Part shown: one piece after another, positions 39,303-54,142 of the stretch
Numbering within the stretch: position 1 is the stretch's first letter
Layout: each line of letters begins with the position of its first letter
DNA from: Octopus vulgaris
Lineage: Eukaryota
DNA length: 64,000 nt
Assembly (NCBI GenBank): GCA_951406725.2
Contig: OX597835.1
Coordinates: 16,616,001-16,680,000 of the forward strand
Reading direction: 5' to 3'
Translations under genes and position numbers: made by a program
Notes under the pieces: model-generated
Told to the model about the DNA's origin: nothing
The model's input: only the letters and a program-made list of their open reading frames with translations
Databases searched by the model: none

Positions 39303-39754
39303 ATGGCTGCTCCTCATGAAAAGGCACAATGTGCATCCTGGTTTATTGAGACAAAATCGGATGTTCAAACTCTACGAAACTATAGAACTAAGTATGGAAG
39401 AGATCCACCATCGCGTCCTTCAATTCGTGCATGGCACAAGAAATTTAAGGAGACAGGGACAGTGTTGGATAAAGGGAGGAGCGGGCGACCAAGAACACCT
39501 GATGAAAACATGGGTCGTGTTTCAAAAGCCTTTGCTCGTTCTTCTACGAAGTCCATCCGCACTGCTGCCAGACAGTTGCAACTACCACGTTCAACAGTGC
39601 GCAAGGTCCTCCACAAGAACTTACGGGCGTACGCTTATAAAGTGCAACTGTTACAGGCACTTGAGCCAAATGACAGGCCAAAACGAAAAGAGTTTGCACT
39701 AAATATGCTGGAACGCATTTCTGAGGATGAAGCATTCCCCAAGCGAGTTTGCTT
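39303..39754 (+). mobile_element. Tc3/rosa-like (DUF4817-type) transposase N-terminal half, truncated by a SINE
   Basis: PPSRPSIRAWHKKFKETGTVLDKGRSGRPRT…KSIRTAARQLQLPRSTVRKVLHK…YKVQLLQALEPND; ends just before the first catalytic Asp; SINE A head follows (39776-39918). Confidence 0.85.
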
Positions 39755-39915
39755 TATATATACATACATATATATACGACGGGTTTCTTTCAGTTTCCGT
39801 CTACCAAATCCACACAGGGATTTGGTCGGCCCAAGGCTATAGTACAACGCAATGGAACTGAACTCAGAACCATATGGTTGGGAAGCAAGCTTCTTACCAC
39901 ACGGCTACGCCTGTG

Positions 39916-40029
<114 letters not shown>

Positions 40030-40031
40030 TA

Positions 40032-40588
40032 TCTTTATATATAAAAGTGAAGTTGTGTGAGTGTCTGTCTCCTACGATTTAGATTCCTAACTACTCCCAC
40101 ATTTTGCGGTGCAGTTTTACCTTCTAGGTATTAGCGCGCGTCTACGATGAGTCTACGATTAAAAAAAAAATTTACCATCATTTTTTTCCCATTTTAATGC
40201 ATTTTTTCGCTATTATATAAGGGAAGTAACTCTCTAAAAATGTCTACGATGAGTCAACGATTAAAAAAAAAAAATTTACCATAATTTTTTTCCATTTTTA
40301 ATGCATTTTTTTGCTATTTTTTGGCTATAACTCTCTAAAAATGAGTCTACGATTTAAAAAAAAATTTACCATCATTTTTTCCCATTTTAATGCATTTTAT
40401 TCGCTATTATATAAGGGAAGTAACTCTCTAAAAATGTCTACGATGAGTCAACGATTTAAAAAAAAATTTACCATAATTTGTTTCCATTTTTAATGCATGT
40501 TTTTGCTATTTTTTGGCTATAACTTTCTAAAAATGCTTATATAGTTATTTCCCTTACAAACCCGAGCAACGCCGGGCGATACTGCTGG
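40032..40588 (+). mobile_element. Non-autonomous Helitron with internal tandem duplication
   Basis: A|TC start; cccgagcaacgccggg hairpin plus CTGG|T end. Confidence 0.85.
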
Positions 40589-40996
40589 TACGTTTATAAG
40601 TATATATATTACAAAATACAGCGAAAATATTCAGAATCATGTGACTGAATCCAACATAAACTCCCCTTCCTCCTATTTCCCTGTGCCCCTTATTCTTTCT
40701 CCTTCTTTCTCTTCTACCCGTCCCCCTCTGTTTCCCTTTCTCCTGTTTCTCTGTCTCTTCCCTTCTATCTATTACTCACTCTGTCTTTGGCTCCCCGTGT
40801 ATGTTTCCCTCTCTTTGTGTGTATATCTCTCCCTTCCTCTACGTGCACGACACTCCTTCTCTCTCTGTATCTCTCTACATGTCTCCCTCTCCCCACACCG
40901 TGAACTCCCCCCAGTAAATTATACTAATTTGTGTTCAATTACATAATGTCAGTGAGACATAACTCACTTATGTAATCAATATACCATATTCATACG

Positions 40997-41027
<31 letters not shown>

Positions 41028-41230
41028 GTATGTAAGTATATATAAGTATATATATATATGTGTATATTTACGTATATATGTATATGTAAAATCACATATA
41101 CATATTTATGTATATATATATATATCTATATATATACATAAATATGTATATATATATGTATATATATATATATATATATATACATAAATATGTATATATA
41201 TATATATGTATATGTATAATCACATATACA

Positions 41231-41346
<116 letters not shown>

Positions 41347-41352
41347 AATATG

Positions 41353-41385
<33 letters not shown>

Positions 41386-41557
41386 GTGTATTTATATGTA
41401 TATGTATATATGTGTGTGTGTGCGTGTGAATCAATATATATATATATATATATATATATCTATATATGTGTGTGTACATATACATACATACCTACATAAA
41501 TACAATAAGTATGTATATATATATATGTATGTGTGTGTTAATAATTATATGTGTGTG

Positions 41558-41589
<32 letters not shown>

Positions 41590-42014
41590 TACATATGCAT
41601 AAATATATGTATATAAATGCACGCACACACATGCACACAAACTCACATACCTACACACACATTGTGTAATATATATGTGTGTGAGTGTTTGAGTGTGTGA
41701 ATCTGAGTGTGTGAGCGTGTGTGTGAAGTTCATCGAGTACATTAATCAGTTTTAATTAACCGCCTCCTCTCCTTCCTCCTCACCGAAAAATATTTCTCTC
41801 TTCGTTTAATCAATAAAACATAAACTGATCTATTTATAGAAATCTTTGAATTTATTTTATTTATTCCGCGGTAGAAAACATTTAATCTAGCATCGAATCT
41901 CGAATAGCGGTGACTGTGAACAAGGCTTGGCCGTGTGGTTAGGAAATTCCATTGTTTTTTTCCGCACCTTCGGGATTTCGGTTTCGATACCAGTATGTGG
42001 CATCATGTTTGATT

Positions 42015-42217
42015 CTTTACTATTTTACTTGTTTCAGTCATTTGACTGTGGCCATGCTGGAGCACCGCCTTTAGTCGAGCAAATCGACCCCAGGACTTAT
42101 TCTTTGTAAGCCCAGTACTTATTCTACCGGTCACTTTTGCCGAACCGCTAAGTGACGGCGACGTAAACACACCAGCATCGGTTGTCAAGCAATGATAGGG
42201 GGACAAACACAGACACA

Positions 42218-42277
<60 letters not shown>

Positions 42278-42445
42278 CATATATACGACGGGCTTCTTTG
42301 TTTCCGTCTACCAAATCCACTCACAAGGCTTTGGTCGGCCCGAGGCTATAGTAGAAGACACATGCCCAAGATGTCACGCAGTGGGACTGAACCCGGAACC
42401 ATGTGGCTGGTAAACAAGCTACTTACCACACAGCCACTCCTGCGT
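42015..42445 (-). mobile_element. SINE family A, full length
   Basis: As 12024-12522. Confidence 0.9.
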
Positions 42446-42667
42446 GATTCTTTTCTTTTTTTTATTCGTACACAAATGGGGTCACTCACAAAACCTGGTT
42501 TAAATTTGGTTAATTGAGAGCAGCACAACCCTTTCATCAGTAGGTGCAAAGCCCGAAATTTTGGGGAAGTTGGCTGGAACTTATTTTCTCGATCCCGAAA
42601 GGATGAAAGACAAAGTCGACTTTGGTGGAATTTGGACTCAGAACGTAAAACCGGCAAAAATTCCGCA

Positions 42668-43345
<678 letters not shown>

Positions 43346-44113
43346 AGCGTTTTGTCCGGCACGCTAACGATACTGCCAACCTGCCGCCTTAATTGAAAAC
43401 ATGGTTTCAAATTTTGGCACAAGGCCAGCAATTTCGGGGGAGGGCTCAAGTTAATTACGTCAACCCCAGTGCTCAACAGGTACTTGTTTTACCGACCTCG
43501 AGAGCATGAAAGGCAGAGTCGACTTCAGCGGAATTTGAACTCAGAACGTTGTTGGCATTCCGTCGCTTACGACGACGAGGGTTCCAGTTGATCCGATCAA
43601 CGAAACAGCCTGCTCGTGAAATTAACATGCAAGTGGCTGAGTACACTGTTGCAAGCATTAAGATTAGATCTCTGGATCAGGAGGGACTTCCTTCTTCTTT
43701 CCCTCTCACCATTATCTTAGAGGCACTGAAAAAAGGGTCAAGAGCGCCTTGCTCCTCCTCTGATGAAGACATTCATATAGATATAATCTAAAGAAAATGT
43801 AACTCCTGAACTCATGTAACCCCTGTTTAGACACCCAGGACTCATGGGGCCAACTACTCGGTTTCCATGCTGTATAAGAGACTGAGATTTCAAGCCCACC
43901 CCTGTTCGGTGATTAATAGCTGCTGTATTGTAACTGCACTAAGATAGCCTAATAATTTGCTCTATAAATTGAGGCTAGAATGAATGGTTTGACGAAAATT
44001 TAACTGTCTCTATTTTATTCATTAGAAAATAATTTTTATTTTGAGAAAGTTTAAATTGTTGAAAGGGACGAAAATATCCTATTGAACTTATTATTATTAT
44101 TATTATTATTATT

Positions 44114-44666
44114 GAGTGAGCGAGCAGAGCATGCCATCAAAGTGACACTGGGGTAAAATATACGAAGCCCAATATACCCATCATGACTACCCGTCTGATA
44201 AAGGTACACCAGGCACATGCATCACAACCATATGTGCGCGACATGGTGATCTCATATCAAAATAAACAGCACATGACCTTGCAGGTGGGGCCCAGTTAGA
44301 ATTTTCTTCAGGTTGAGTAGCCCATCCCGCTCAAAAGGTCCCTGAATAAGGGTTGTTTAAGGATGTTGAAAGAACCACCCATGTTTCCAGAGGTGAATTA
44401 TTCAAACCCCAAAGAATCCCTCTCAACACATGGCTATGATGCTCCCCCACTACTTCTGCTCGTGATCAGAGATGCACATATCGTCAGCCACTAAGGGACA
44501 TGCTCAACTGGTTAAGGTCAAACAACTGACAAGCAAATCTGTGGTATTGAGCAGAATATTTGCTGTAGCCCATCTTTTATACCAAGACAAAACAATGTAC
44601 ATGATAACACTTCCAATCAGTTAAGATCAGAAGCCATGAGAGCCACTGCCTGGTACTGCATCAGGG

Positions 44667-44668
<2 letters not shown>
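44114..44668 (-). mobile_element. Family E element flanked on both sides by (ATT)n
   Basis: ~555 bp between two (ATT)n runs; 3' end homologous to 2872-3025. Confidence 0.7.
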
Positions 44669-44730
<62 letters not shown>

Positions 44731-44968
44731 TATTATTATTATTATTATTATTATCATTCAAATTATTGTTTATCTCAGTCTATCTCAGGGTTACTCCTTC
44801 ACAGCTGAAAGGAATGGAGCAATGAAAAATGGAGTGTTTTACTCAAGAACACAATGCACCACCCAGTACGGAAATCGAAACCATGGTCGCAAAGATCGCA
44901 AGTGCAGCACTTTAACCACTAGACCACGCACCTTCACAAAAGAGAAGCTAAACCAGCATTTAAATATT

Positions 44969-45152
44969 CTTTTCTACTTTAGGCACAAGGCCCGAAATTT
45001 TGGGGGAGGAGGGCCAGTCGATTAGATCGACCCCAGTACGCAACAGGTACTTGATTTATTGACCCCGAAAGGATGAAAGGCAAAGTCGACCTCGGCGGAA
45101 TTTGAACTCAGAACGTAAAGACGTGCTAACGTTTCTGCCAGCTCACCGCCTT
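44969..45152 (-). mobile_element. SINE family B with 16-bp target-site duplication
   Basis: cagcatttaaatattc at 44953-44968 and 45153-45168. Confidence 0.9.
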
Positions 45153-45288
45153 CAGCATTTAAATATTCACGGCATCTCTGCTTTGATTCAGTTTGTATTA
45201 ATATATTTAACTAAAGCAGCAAGAAGGCAGGATGTTTGGTGATTGTTTAGAATGTGTCCGGCAGTTTTTACAGAGGTTTTATAAGAAA

Positions 45289-45650
45289 CTAGCAGTATCG
45301 CCCGGCGTTGCTCGGGTTTGTAAGGGAAATAACTATATAAGCATTTTTAGAGATATAAAGTATAATAGCCATCTCAATATGGTTAACCACAAAGGGGGGT
45401 GTTACTGTAGCTTTTTACGTTCTGAGATTTAATAATAAATTTTTAGAGAGTTACGTCCCCTATATATGCCAAAAATGCATTAAAAATGGGAAAAATTTAT
45501 GGTAAATTTTTTTTAAAATCGTAGACTCATCGTAGACGCGCGCTAATACCCAGAAGGGCTCGATATGAATCACGACTATAAGATACCCGCTTTTGGTTAA
45601 ACTGCACCGCAAAATGTGGGAGTTGTTAACCTTACTTTTATGTATAAAGA
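45289..45650 (-). mobile_element. Non-autonomous Helitron
   Basis: Same termini as 31927-32320. Confidence 0.85.
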
Positions 45651-46201
45651 TTTATGTGATGTCGGAGTCTTACCTTTTCATAAGCTGTTCACCCATTTCA
45701 AGGACCTTATTCTGCGGAGAGCCACGGTCCTCTTACACACGCGATGCTGTTATAGTTGAGAAAACGAGCAACACCAGTATTGAGAAAAGAATAATTTTGA
45801 AGCAGACGCGTTGCCCCGGTCATGCTGTCAGAATGGAAGATGGAAGGATGTCAAGTGTTACATCTGTGAACGTGCTCGTAGAACGGAAGCTGAGCTGAAG
45901 AGGCAGATGCGTGCATATGGTGGTGCAAGGTTCAATGAAGGGCTGGCTGTTTCTGTTCTGACTAGAAAGAGCAATAAACACACACACACACTGATAGAAT
46001 AGACGTGTATCTCACATGATTTGTATCTATGAATTATGGGCCAAAATATGAAATATGAAATATTGCTAAATAAAAGTCTAGTCCTTTGTTCATACGTGTA
46101 GTCAACCTATCCCAAACAGCATAAGCATAGGTCTATGTTTACACTTTGTGGGTATACATACAAATGTACATACATATATACATATGTATGTATATATACA
46201 T

Positions 46202-46262
46202 AGCGTCCAATAATACTATACTTGTTCCACGTTCTCGCGTTGTTGTGTTTTCATGTTTGGGT

Positions 46263-46348
<86 letters not shown>

Positions 46349-46570
46349 GTTAAAGTTAATCCAAACAAGAAAACACACAAAAAAAACAAAAAAACACAAC
46401 AACGCGAGGACGTGGAATAAATAAAGTATTATTGGACGCTCAGGAAAGAAGGGAAGAAGGAGGGTTTAACGTTTCGAGCGGAGCTCTTATTCGGAAACAT
46501 AGGAGAAGGAAAGATCCCGAGAAGGGAAGACAGAAGAAAAAAATCGCCGGCGGTACTCACGAGGTCACAT
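46202..46570 (-). mobile_element. Penelope-like terminal repeat with inverted partial copy and hammerhead-like motif
   Basis: 46202-46268 is the inverse of 46354-46440 around (TA)n; minus strand gttt-CCGAATA-a gagc tcc gctc-GAAAC-GTT-aaac at 46464-46498. Confidence 0.6.
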
Positions 46571-46679
46571 ATATATAATATACACACATACATTCATGTA
46601 CACATGTTAATATACATATTTATATACATACATACATATATAGTCACAAATTAATCTCACAATTCAACATTTAAAGAGT

Positions 46680-47818
46680 TATATTTTATGACATTCTGTT
46701 ATAGCCACAAAACACTTAAAAAAGACAACAAAATAAAAACAATAGCAAAAACAACTAAAAATGTTAAAGAATTGAAAAAAATTAAAATTCAAAAAATAAA
46801 GGGAGAAATCGTAATCTTTCCTAAAAATCAAAAAAAAAATTTCTTTATTGAAAATTTCACGCATGTTAATTTATTTTTTCGTATAAGAAAGAGATGGTTT
46901 TTTTTTTATTAATATTCGTTCATTCTTTCCTTCGTCTTTCCCTTAGTTTTTTCTTTCTTCCGTTTTCTTTTTTTTCCTTTTCGTTTTTAGTTATTTTTTG
47001 AAATTAACATTTTTTTTTTTGATTTGCTCTTCCCTTACATTATTTTTTCTTATTCAAATGTTATTTTCTCTTTAAAAGACAAACACGAACAGAAATTGTC
47101 TGAAGTTTCAGTGAAATAATATTTCCTTTCTTTTTTAAACAAATTTTACAGAAAAAAAAAAGAAAATCTCAACGAAACGGTGAGTAATTTTACATTTTTA
47201 TTTTCATCTGTTCCGTTCTCTTTCTTTCTCTTTCTTCCTCTGTCGTCTGCTTTCCCTTATTTCTCATCTGCTCTCACCTTTCTCTCTCTTTATCTATCTG
47301 TCTCTCTCTTCTGTGTTTCATCCATCTTCTGATTGTGATCAATGGAATAATTAGTATATGTCATTAATGCTTCTTCTACCTTTTCTCTTCACTTAATCAC
47401 TGAACCAGCTTAAATCCACTGACTCAGAAAGCTGCAAGCTTTAAGTTTTCCGACTGGAAATCTTGGAAATTTTAGTTATTTTTCTTAATATTGTTTCTGT
47501 TTCTCATTTTCCTTTTCCTGTTTTATTTTTTGGTTTTTCTAAATAGAATTTTCAATTATTGTTTGTTAAAAATGAAATTAAAATTAATATTAAGAAAAAA
47601 AAAACACAAAAAGATAAAAAAAAAAAAAATAAACACAACGAAACAAAATCTACTAAAATTTAATAAAAAAAGAACATAAACAAAAACAAAACCGAAAAAA
47701 ATTGGAAATAAAAGGAAAACCAGGATTCTTCTTCCCTTCCCTCCACCTCAGCCTCGTCTTGGAAATCCTCAAAAGTCCAAATAAACAGAATAATGAAGAA
47801 AAGTACATATTATTATGA

Positions 47819-47862
<44 letters not shown>

Positions 47863-48943
47863 AAGATACAAATATGAATGGGGTTATCCCCCGCAACCCA
47901 AATGTTTCTGTTGACATAACCTCTTGAAAAAATTTCTGAGTAATTAATTTAAAGAAAAAAAAAATAGCCCCTCCCCCGGCTCCCTCTGAGAGAAAATAAT
48001 GGTGAAAAACAGAAAGAAAGAACCAAACAACAGAAATCATTGATATTACAAACTAAAGAAACAAAAACATATTGAGAATTTCTTCAGTTTTCGAGTGTCG
48101 TCTGGAAAACCAGGACAATCCAGCATATATAAAAAATGTTGTCCATTATTTGTTTTAGTTCCGAATTTCATTTTTGTTAATGAGTGCAAAATAAAACCTT
48201 CATTGTTTTGTGAAGTCGGAGAAGCAATTTACATATAATTGTATTCTTTTTTGTATTTTTCGGTTTCGTTCTTTATTTTCTTGCTTTTTTGATTCTTGGA
48301 ATTTATATCATGTTACGGTGATGAGATGTTCCAGTTGGGTTTTAGGTTTTTTTTTTTTTTAATTCATGTGTACTGACAGAAGTGAAGAGGAAAATCATAA
48401 TAATAATAATAATAAAAAAAAAATAAAAGAAGAAAGTCAAACTCGATACCGCCTTTTCTTCACCCGAAACTAACGATGGAATATTTCTATTAATTATATT
48501 TACTAAATTTATCTTTTGAGATTTTATACTCTCCCCACCCGACCCATCGCTATTCTATTGTTTGTTTTCAATAATCTTTGCGTCTTGCTTCTGTTTCTGT
48601 GTCCATAATCTCAAGCCAGCACCAAGCCATCTGAGTCGTCTCAGCCGGGAGACAATAGATAACGGTAATAGTATTTTTAAATGCATATCAAATCCACTTA
48701 GTTTATCCGAGAACAAAGTGAAAGACATCTTTTGGGGGGAGAGAAAAAAAGATTTTTTTTTTCCTTAAAAAGTCGTTTGCCATTCACCAGCTTCGTCTTT
48801 TGTGCATTTGAAAATTAAACATGTCTCTCTGTATTATTATATATATATATATAATTTTTTTTAACCTTTTTTATATTTGGGGGATTTTCAACTTAATAAA
48901 TTTCTTCACATAATTTTTAGATGGGGGTTTTATAAAATGTCTT
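46680..48943 (-). other. Putative long 3' UTR of the minus-strand gene
   Basis: ~2.3 kb AU-rich tract with no interspersed repeats directly after the stop codon; AATAAA on minus near 46844-46849 and ~46905. Confidence 0.55.
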
Positions 48944-49244
48944 TCATATATCAGTTGTGTTTAAATGTTCTAAATTCTGTGGTGAAAGAATGGCGGTGCC
49001 ATTTACATATGGATAAGCGGGAAGATCTCCATAGAATGTTGAGTGCTTGTTTCTGGTGTTCTTGGAAGCTTCATGTTCCCTGAGAGTGGTATCAAGTAAA
49101 ACATCGGAAGAACTGAGTACAGAAACTGGAGTTTTAGTTGTAAAATCTACTTCATCATTGTACATATCGACGGAAAGTTCCTGCTCATCATACCCAACAT
49201 GAGTCTGTCTGGAGTTGATGTCATAATTTTCCAATGAGCTACCT
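48944..49244 (-). CDS. Terminal coding exon of an unidentified gene (C-terminus …LEHLNTTDI*)
   Basis: Strong polypyrimidine acceptor ttttctccctctctttacag, open non-repetitive frame GSSLENYDINSRQTHV…TTDI, TGA at 48944-48946; phase 2. Confidence 0.75.
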
Positions 49245-49359
49245 CTGTAAAGAGAGGGAGAAAAAAGAGAAAACACACACACGGATAGCAAACGTAATAA
49301 TTCGTTCTTGTAAATCTGTCGACAGCTTTATAGATAATATTTAATAAAATTCACACAAT

Positions 49360-49617
49360 AATGTGAAGTATATTTGCCATCTCAATATGGCTAACCACTA
49401 AGGGTGGGTGTTATTGTAGCTTGTAGCCCCAGGAGAATATCTTCTCCAGCCGGCTTTTGACACTCTTTCTGTGCCCTTAAGGTATTTGCAAATACCTTAA
49501 GGGCACAGAAAGTGTGCCTAAAGCTAGCTGGAGAAGATGTTCTCCTGGGGCTACAAGGTACAGTAACACCCACCCTTTGTGGTTAGCCATATTAAGATGA
49601 CAAATATACCTCACATT
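49360..49617. repeat. 258-bp loopless palindrome
   Basis: Centre ttctgtgcccttaaggtatttg|caaataccttaagggcacagaa; mirror symmetry out to aatgtga…tcacatt. Confidence 0.95.
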
Positions 49618-50397
49618 GTCGTGCAGTTACTGTTTATACCTCGTTCAGAGATTTATTATCACACAATAATGTTTAATGAGAAAGACAAAATAATATGTAG
49701 TAACAAGCATACAATAACCTCTTATGTCATGAAGGATAATGTCTAATTACACGTATATAATAATGTGCTGCAACGTTAATAGGATAATGTTTTAACAACT
49801 TATGTACAACAATGTCTGTTAGCAAACACACAGAAATGTTGCGTAATATATGTACACAGTAATGTTTAATAACAATGATGTATAGTAATAATTATACACA
49901 CACAAACATGGTAATATTTATTAACACATATGAACGATGATATTTAATGAAAAGTATTCAATAATGTACAGTAACGTTTACATACACATGTAGACATACA
50001 CGATCATGCTCATTAGCTGACATAAGCAATAATGATTAATTACAAAAACAATGATTTTCTTAGTATGAAAACCATAATAATGGTTTATTTCCTTTATGAT
50101 AATGATATTTATAGAATGATAATTTTAATTATAATACACTTGAATATTGTGCTCCATCATGGCCTTGGCTCAGGAGGCTAAAAGAAACTACATAATACAT
50201 GAAATACTGTATCAATATCAATACATACATACATACGTACATACACACACAGGAATTATAAATGTAAAACAATAATAACAACAAAAATAGCAAATATAGA
50301 CAAATAATAATGCACATAATATTACATTCCATTGTATAGAATAGTGCATGTGTAGATTATAAAGGATCACTATGGCATTACCACTATATAATTGTGG

Positions 50398-50429
<32 letters not shown>

Positions 50430-50500
50430 GAATGTGTGAGTGTGTGTGCATCTGTGTGTCTCTGTGTGTGTATTTATAAACAATAAAATGTATGAGGGGG

Positions 50501-50620
50501 GTATGAGAGGTGAATACATATATTTAACCACTTGACGTCCTTGGGATTACAGCCGTTTCGTAGTCTTCTTCAGGGTGGAATAACATCAAGCGGTTAAATA
50601 AATGTATTTATCTCTCATAC
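50501..50620 (-). ncRNA. Hammerhead-like core enclosed by a 38-bp inverted repeat
   Basis: Minus strand CTGAAGA-agactac-GAAAC-ggct-GTA; arms 50501-50538 and 50583-50620; stem II weak. Confidence 0.45.
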
Positions 50621-50796
50621 TTCTTAACGTTTTATGGCTTATATACTCCTCACGAGATAATTTCATTGACCAGATCTTCTGGATTTCTAATGCATGGACA
50701 CTCTGTATTGGATTACTCTGTGCACTGATTGCCGTGTCTGTTAGAGGAGCTTAATGTCATAACCACAAGATTCTCTGAACTTATATCTTATAGTAG

Positions 50797-50843
<47 letters not shown>

Positions 50844-51085
50844 TGTATATGTTGTTGTTGTTGTGTGTGTGTGTGTGTGTCTGTGTCTGTGTGTGTTTGT
50901 GTTTGTGTGTGTGTATTTTATTAAAATACAACTCGAACAAAATACACTACGTTTCATCCAGACTCGCATTAGAGATTAAATCTATCTCGAACTTTTGTAT
51001 ATAAGGAGCGCGAAACAAAATGTATTTTGTCATACCTATTGGTTTTGGTAAATCATATTAACATGTAGTATTGGCATTTAACTGG

Positions 51086-51122
<37 letters not shown>

Positions 51123-51200
51123 TAATATATGTACGTAAGAATATATATGTATATAGATATGTATATATATATACATGTATATATATATATATATATATAT

Positions 51201-51405
51201 GAAAGAAGGTTTGAAAATGCAATTTTAAGAAATGTTTATTTAATGCAATTTTAAAAGATGTTAATTTACTTTACCGGTTTCACTTTTAGAAAAAGATTGT
51301 TAAAAGTAACATGTAAAAGTTTGGTTTTGACAATCTTTTTCTAAAAAGTGAAACCGGTAAAGTAAATTAACATCTTTTAAAATTGCATTTTCAAACCTTC
51401 TTTCA
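51201..51405. repeat. ~205-bp palindrome carrying two U3-A8 hammerhead-like motifs
   Basis: Arm consensus ttactt-TTGACAA-tcttttt ct aaaaagt-GAAAC-cg-GTA-aagtaa. Confidence 0.8.
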
Positions 51406-52157
51406 TATATAATTCCACTCGTGCGGTACCTTACAACTCCACTTTGTTATATATGTATATGTATGTACTATCAAATTATAGATTGAATCAGCTTCATGCT
51501 AGTTAAAAACTGCACTGTAACACGCGTGGTTGTTGTAGTTACAGCAACTATAGACTATTAAGTGTTCTCTCTAAATATGCATAATGTAGGTTTTGTTAAG
51601 TATGCATTTGCACATATAATTTATAAAATTCAAACCTAATACAAGGGAGACAGCAATACTAGAGTTGTTTCTCTTTGAGGTGTATATCTCTTTGTTTACT
51701 CCTAAATCTCGCGGGATCTCACGTGATTTTATTGTGCTTTCATCCAAGACGAAGACGAACACTAACTTCTCATGCGACAGACTTGCATATTGTTGAGAGA
51801 TTTCTCTCTCAGCATGAAACCAATGGCAGCCTGGTTTACTCACAAATAAAGTATAAACATATATATACATATATATAGATATGTAAATGTACACACAAAT
51901 ATCTTATGTATATAAACATACACCTACATGCGTACACATATACTTACAATATACATGCACCAATTTGGACTACTGTGACAACGGAGAATAGAAAGATTCG
52001 GTAAAATAATGTCTTTAAAAGGAATTCAGGGAATATGAAATGTCATACATATAAGATTGTATTTAGGGATTTGTTAGGTACAGCATTCTACTAAGAAAAA
52101 AAATGAACGTTACACATAGTATATCTACATGCATACGCAATTATATACACACAGAAG

Positions 52158-52263
<106 letters not shown>

Positions 52264-52284
52264 AAAACGCACAGACAAACTGCC

Positions 52285-52415
<131 letters not shown>

Positions 52416-52436
52416 TATATACATATATATATACAC

Positions 52437-52491
<55 letters not shown>

Positions 52492-52504
52492 AATATATGC
52501 ATGC

Positions 52505-52550
<46 letters not shown>

Positions 52551-52950
52551 GTTTATATATTCATATTTATATATATATATTTGAATGCCGAATATTCACA
52601 AATCACAATCTCCGGGTTCCCCGTTGCCACTCCTCGGACGATAATGAAAATAGGAAACATAATTTGTGAGTATTGTGTTTACAATACATAATTTCACTTT
52701 ATTCATAGTATCCAGCAATTTTCTCTTTTATTTGTTAACACTCATATTTATATATTTATCTACGTGTATGTATATGAATATGATAGCAAAATGAATATCA
52801 TCATATACATACGAATAAAACAGAATATTAATATATAATAAAAAATATTATATACACACATTTGTTTCTGGGGAGAGTCATTTTCTTTTTGTGCCGTATG
52901 ATTTAACACGCTCACCGGTAAAATTTCCACTTATTTCTTATTTTTATTTT

Positions 52951-52989
52951 CCTAAAATTTTCGTTGCGTCTTGCTACCTTTTCAATAGA
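52951..52989 (-). ncRNA. Minimal hammerhead-like motif, U3-A8 variant
   Basis: Minus strand tcta-TTGAAAA-g gtagc aagac gcaac-GAAAA-TTT-tagg, enclosed by inverted repeats 52867-52904 and 52998-53035. Confidence 0.55.
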
Positions 52990-53097
52990 CTTGTATCAAA
53001 TCATAAGGCACAAAAAGAAAATGACTCTCCCCAGACACCAAAGAATATGCTTCAACACACGAACTCATATAAAGAATCTTGCCAACCAAATCCCCAA

Positions 53098-53138
<41 letters not shown>

Positions 53139-53253
53139 TAAAGCAATTAAGATTCAAGTGAGTTCTGTTGAATTCACATGAATGCGGTACTTAGCTTAGA
53201 TGCACCAGAAATCTATATGGTATTAACCATAAGATAATGCGGGGTGATTGTAA

Positions 53254-53525
<272 letters not shown>

Positions 53526-53743
53526 TTACACTTATATGTATTTTTGCTTATTCGTATAAATGTATATATGTATATATATACTATACTTCTCCACATATAT
53601 ATGAATATAGATTAAATTTATTCGCATGTACATAAATATACATACAATAAGGATTAATAAACATGCACATATATATTTACATGCACATCTCTACCATCAT
53701 ACATACATATGCCTATATACATATATATATCTATGCCTATATA

Positions 53744-54142
53744 TCTTTATATATAAAAGTAAGGTTGTGTGTCTGTCTCCTACGAATTAGATTCCTAACT
53801 ACTCCCACATTTTGCGGTGCAGTTTAACCAAAACCGGGTATCTAATAGTCGTGATTCATATCGAGCCCTTCTGGGTATTAGCGCGCGTCTACGATGAGTC
53901 TACGATTTAAAAAATAAGTTACCATCATTTTTTTCCCATTTTAATGCATTTTTTCGCTATTATATAAGGGAAGTAACTCTCTAAAAATGTCTACGATGAG
54001 TCAACGATTTAAAAAAAAATTACCATAATTTTTTCCCCATTTTTAATGCATTTTTTTTGCTATTTTTTGGCTATAACTCTCTAAAAATGCTTATATAGTT
54101 ATTTCCCTTACAAACCCGAGCAACGCCGGGCGATACTGCTAG
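53744..54142 (+). mobile_element. Non-autonomous Helitron
   Basis: A|TC start; cccgagcaacgccggg hairpin; CTAG|T end. Confidence 0.88.

Noticed and set aside
49650-50110. Degenerate ataatgtttaat periodicity; also ggtagat/ggtatat tract at 59050-60050
   Set aside because: Appear to be old decayed simple repeats with no definable unit or function
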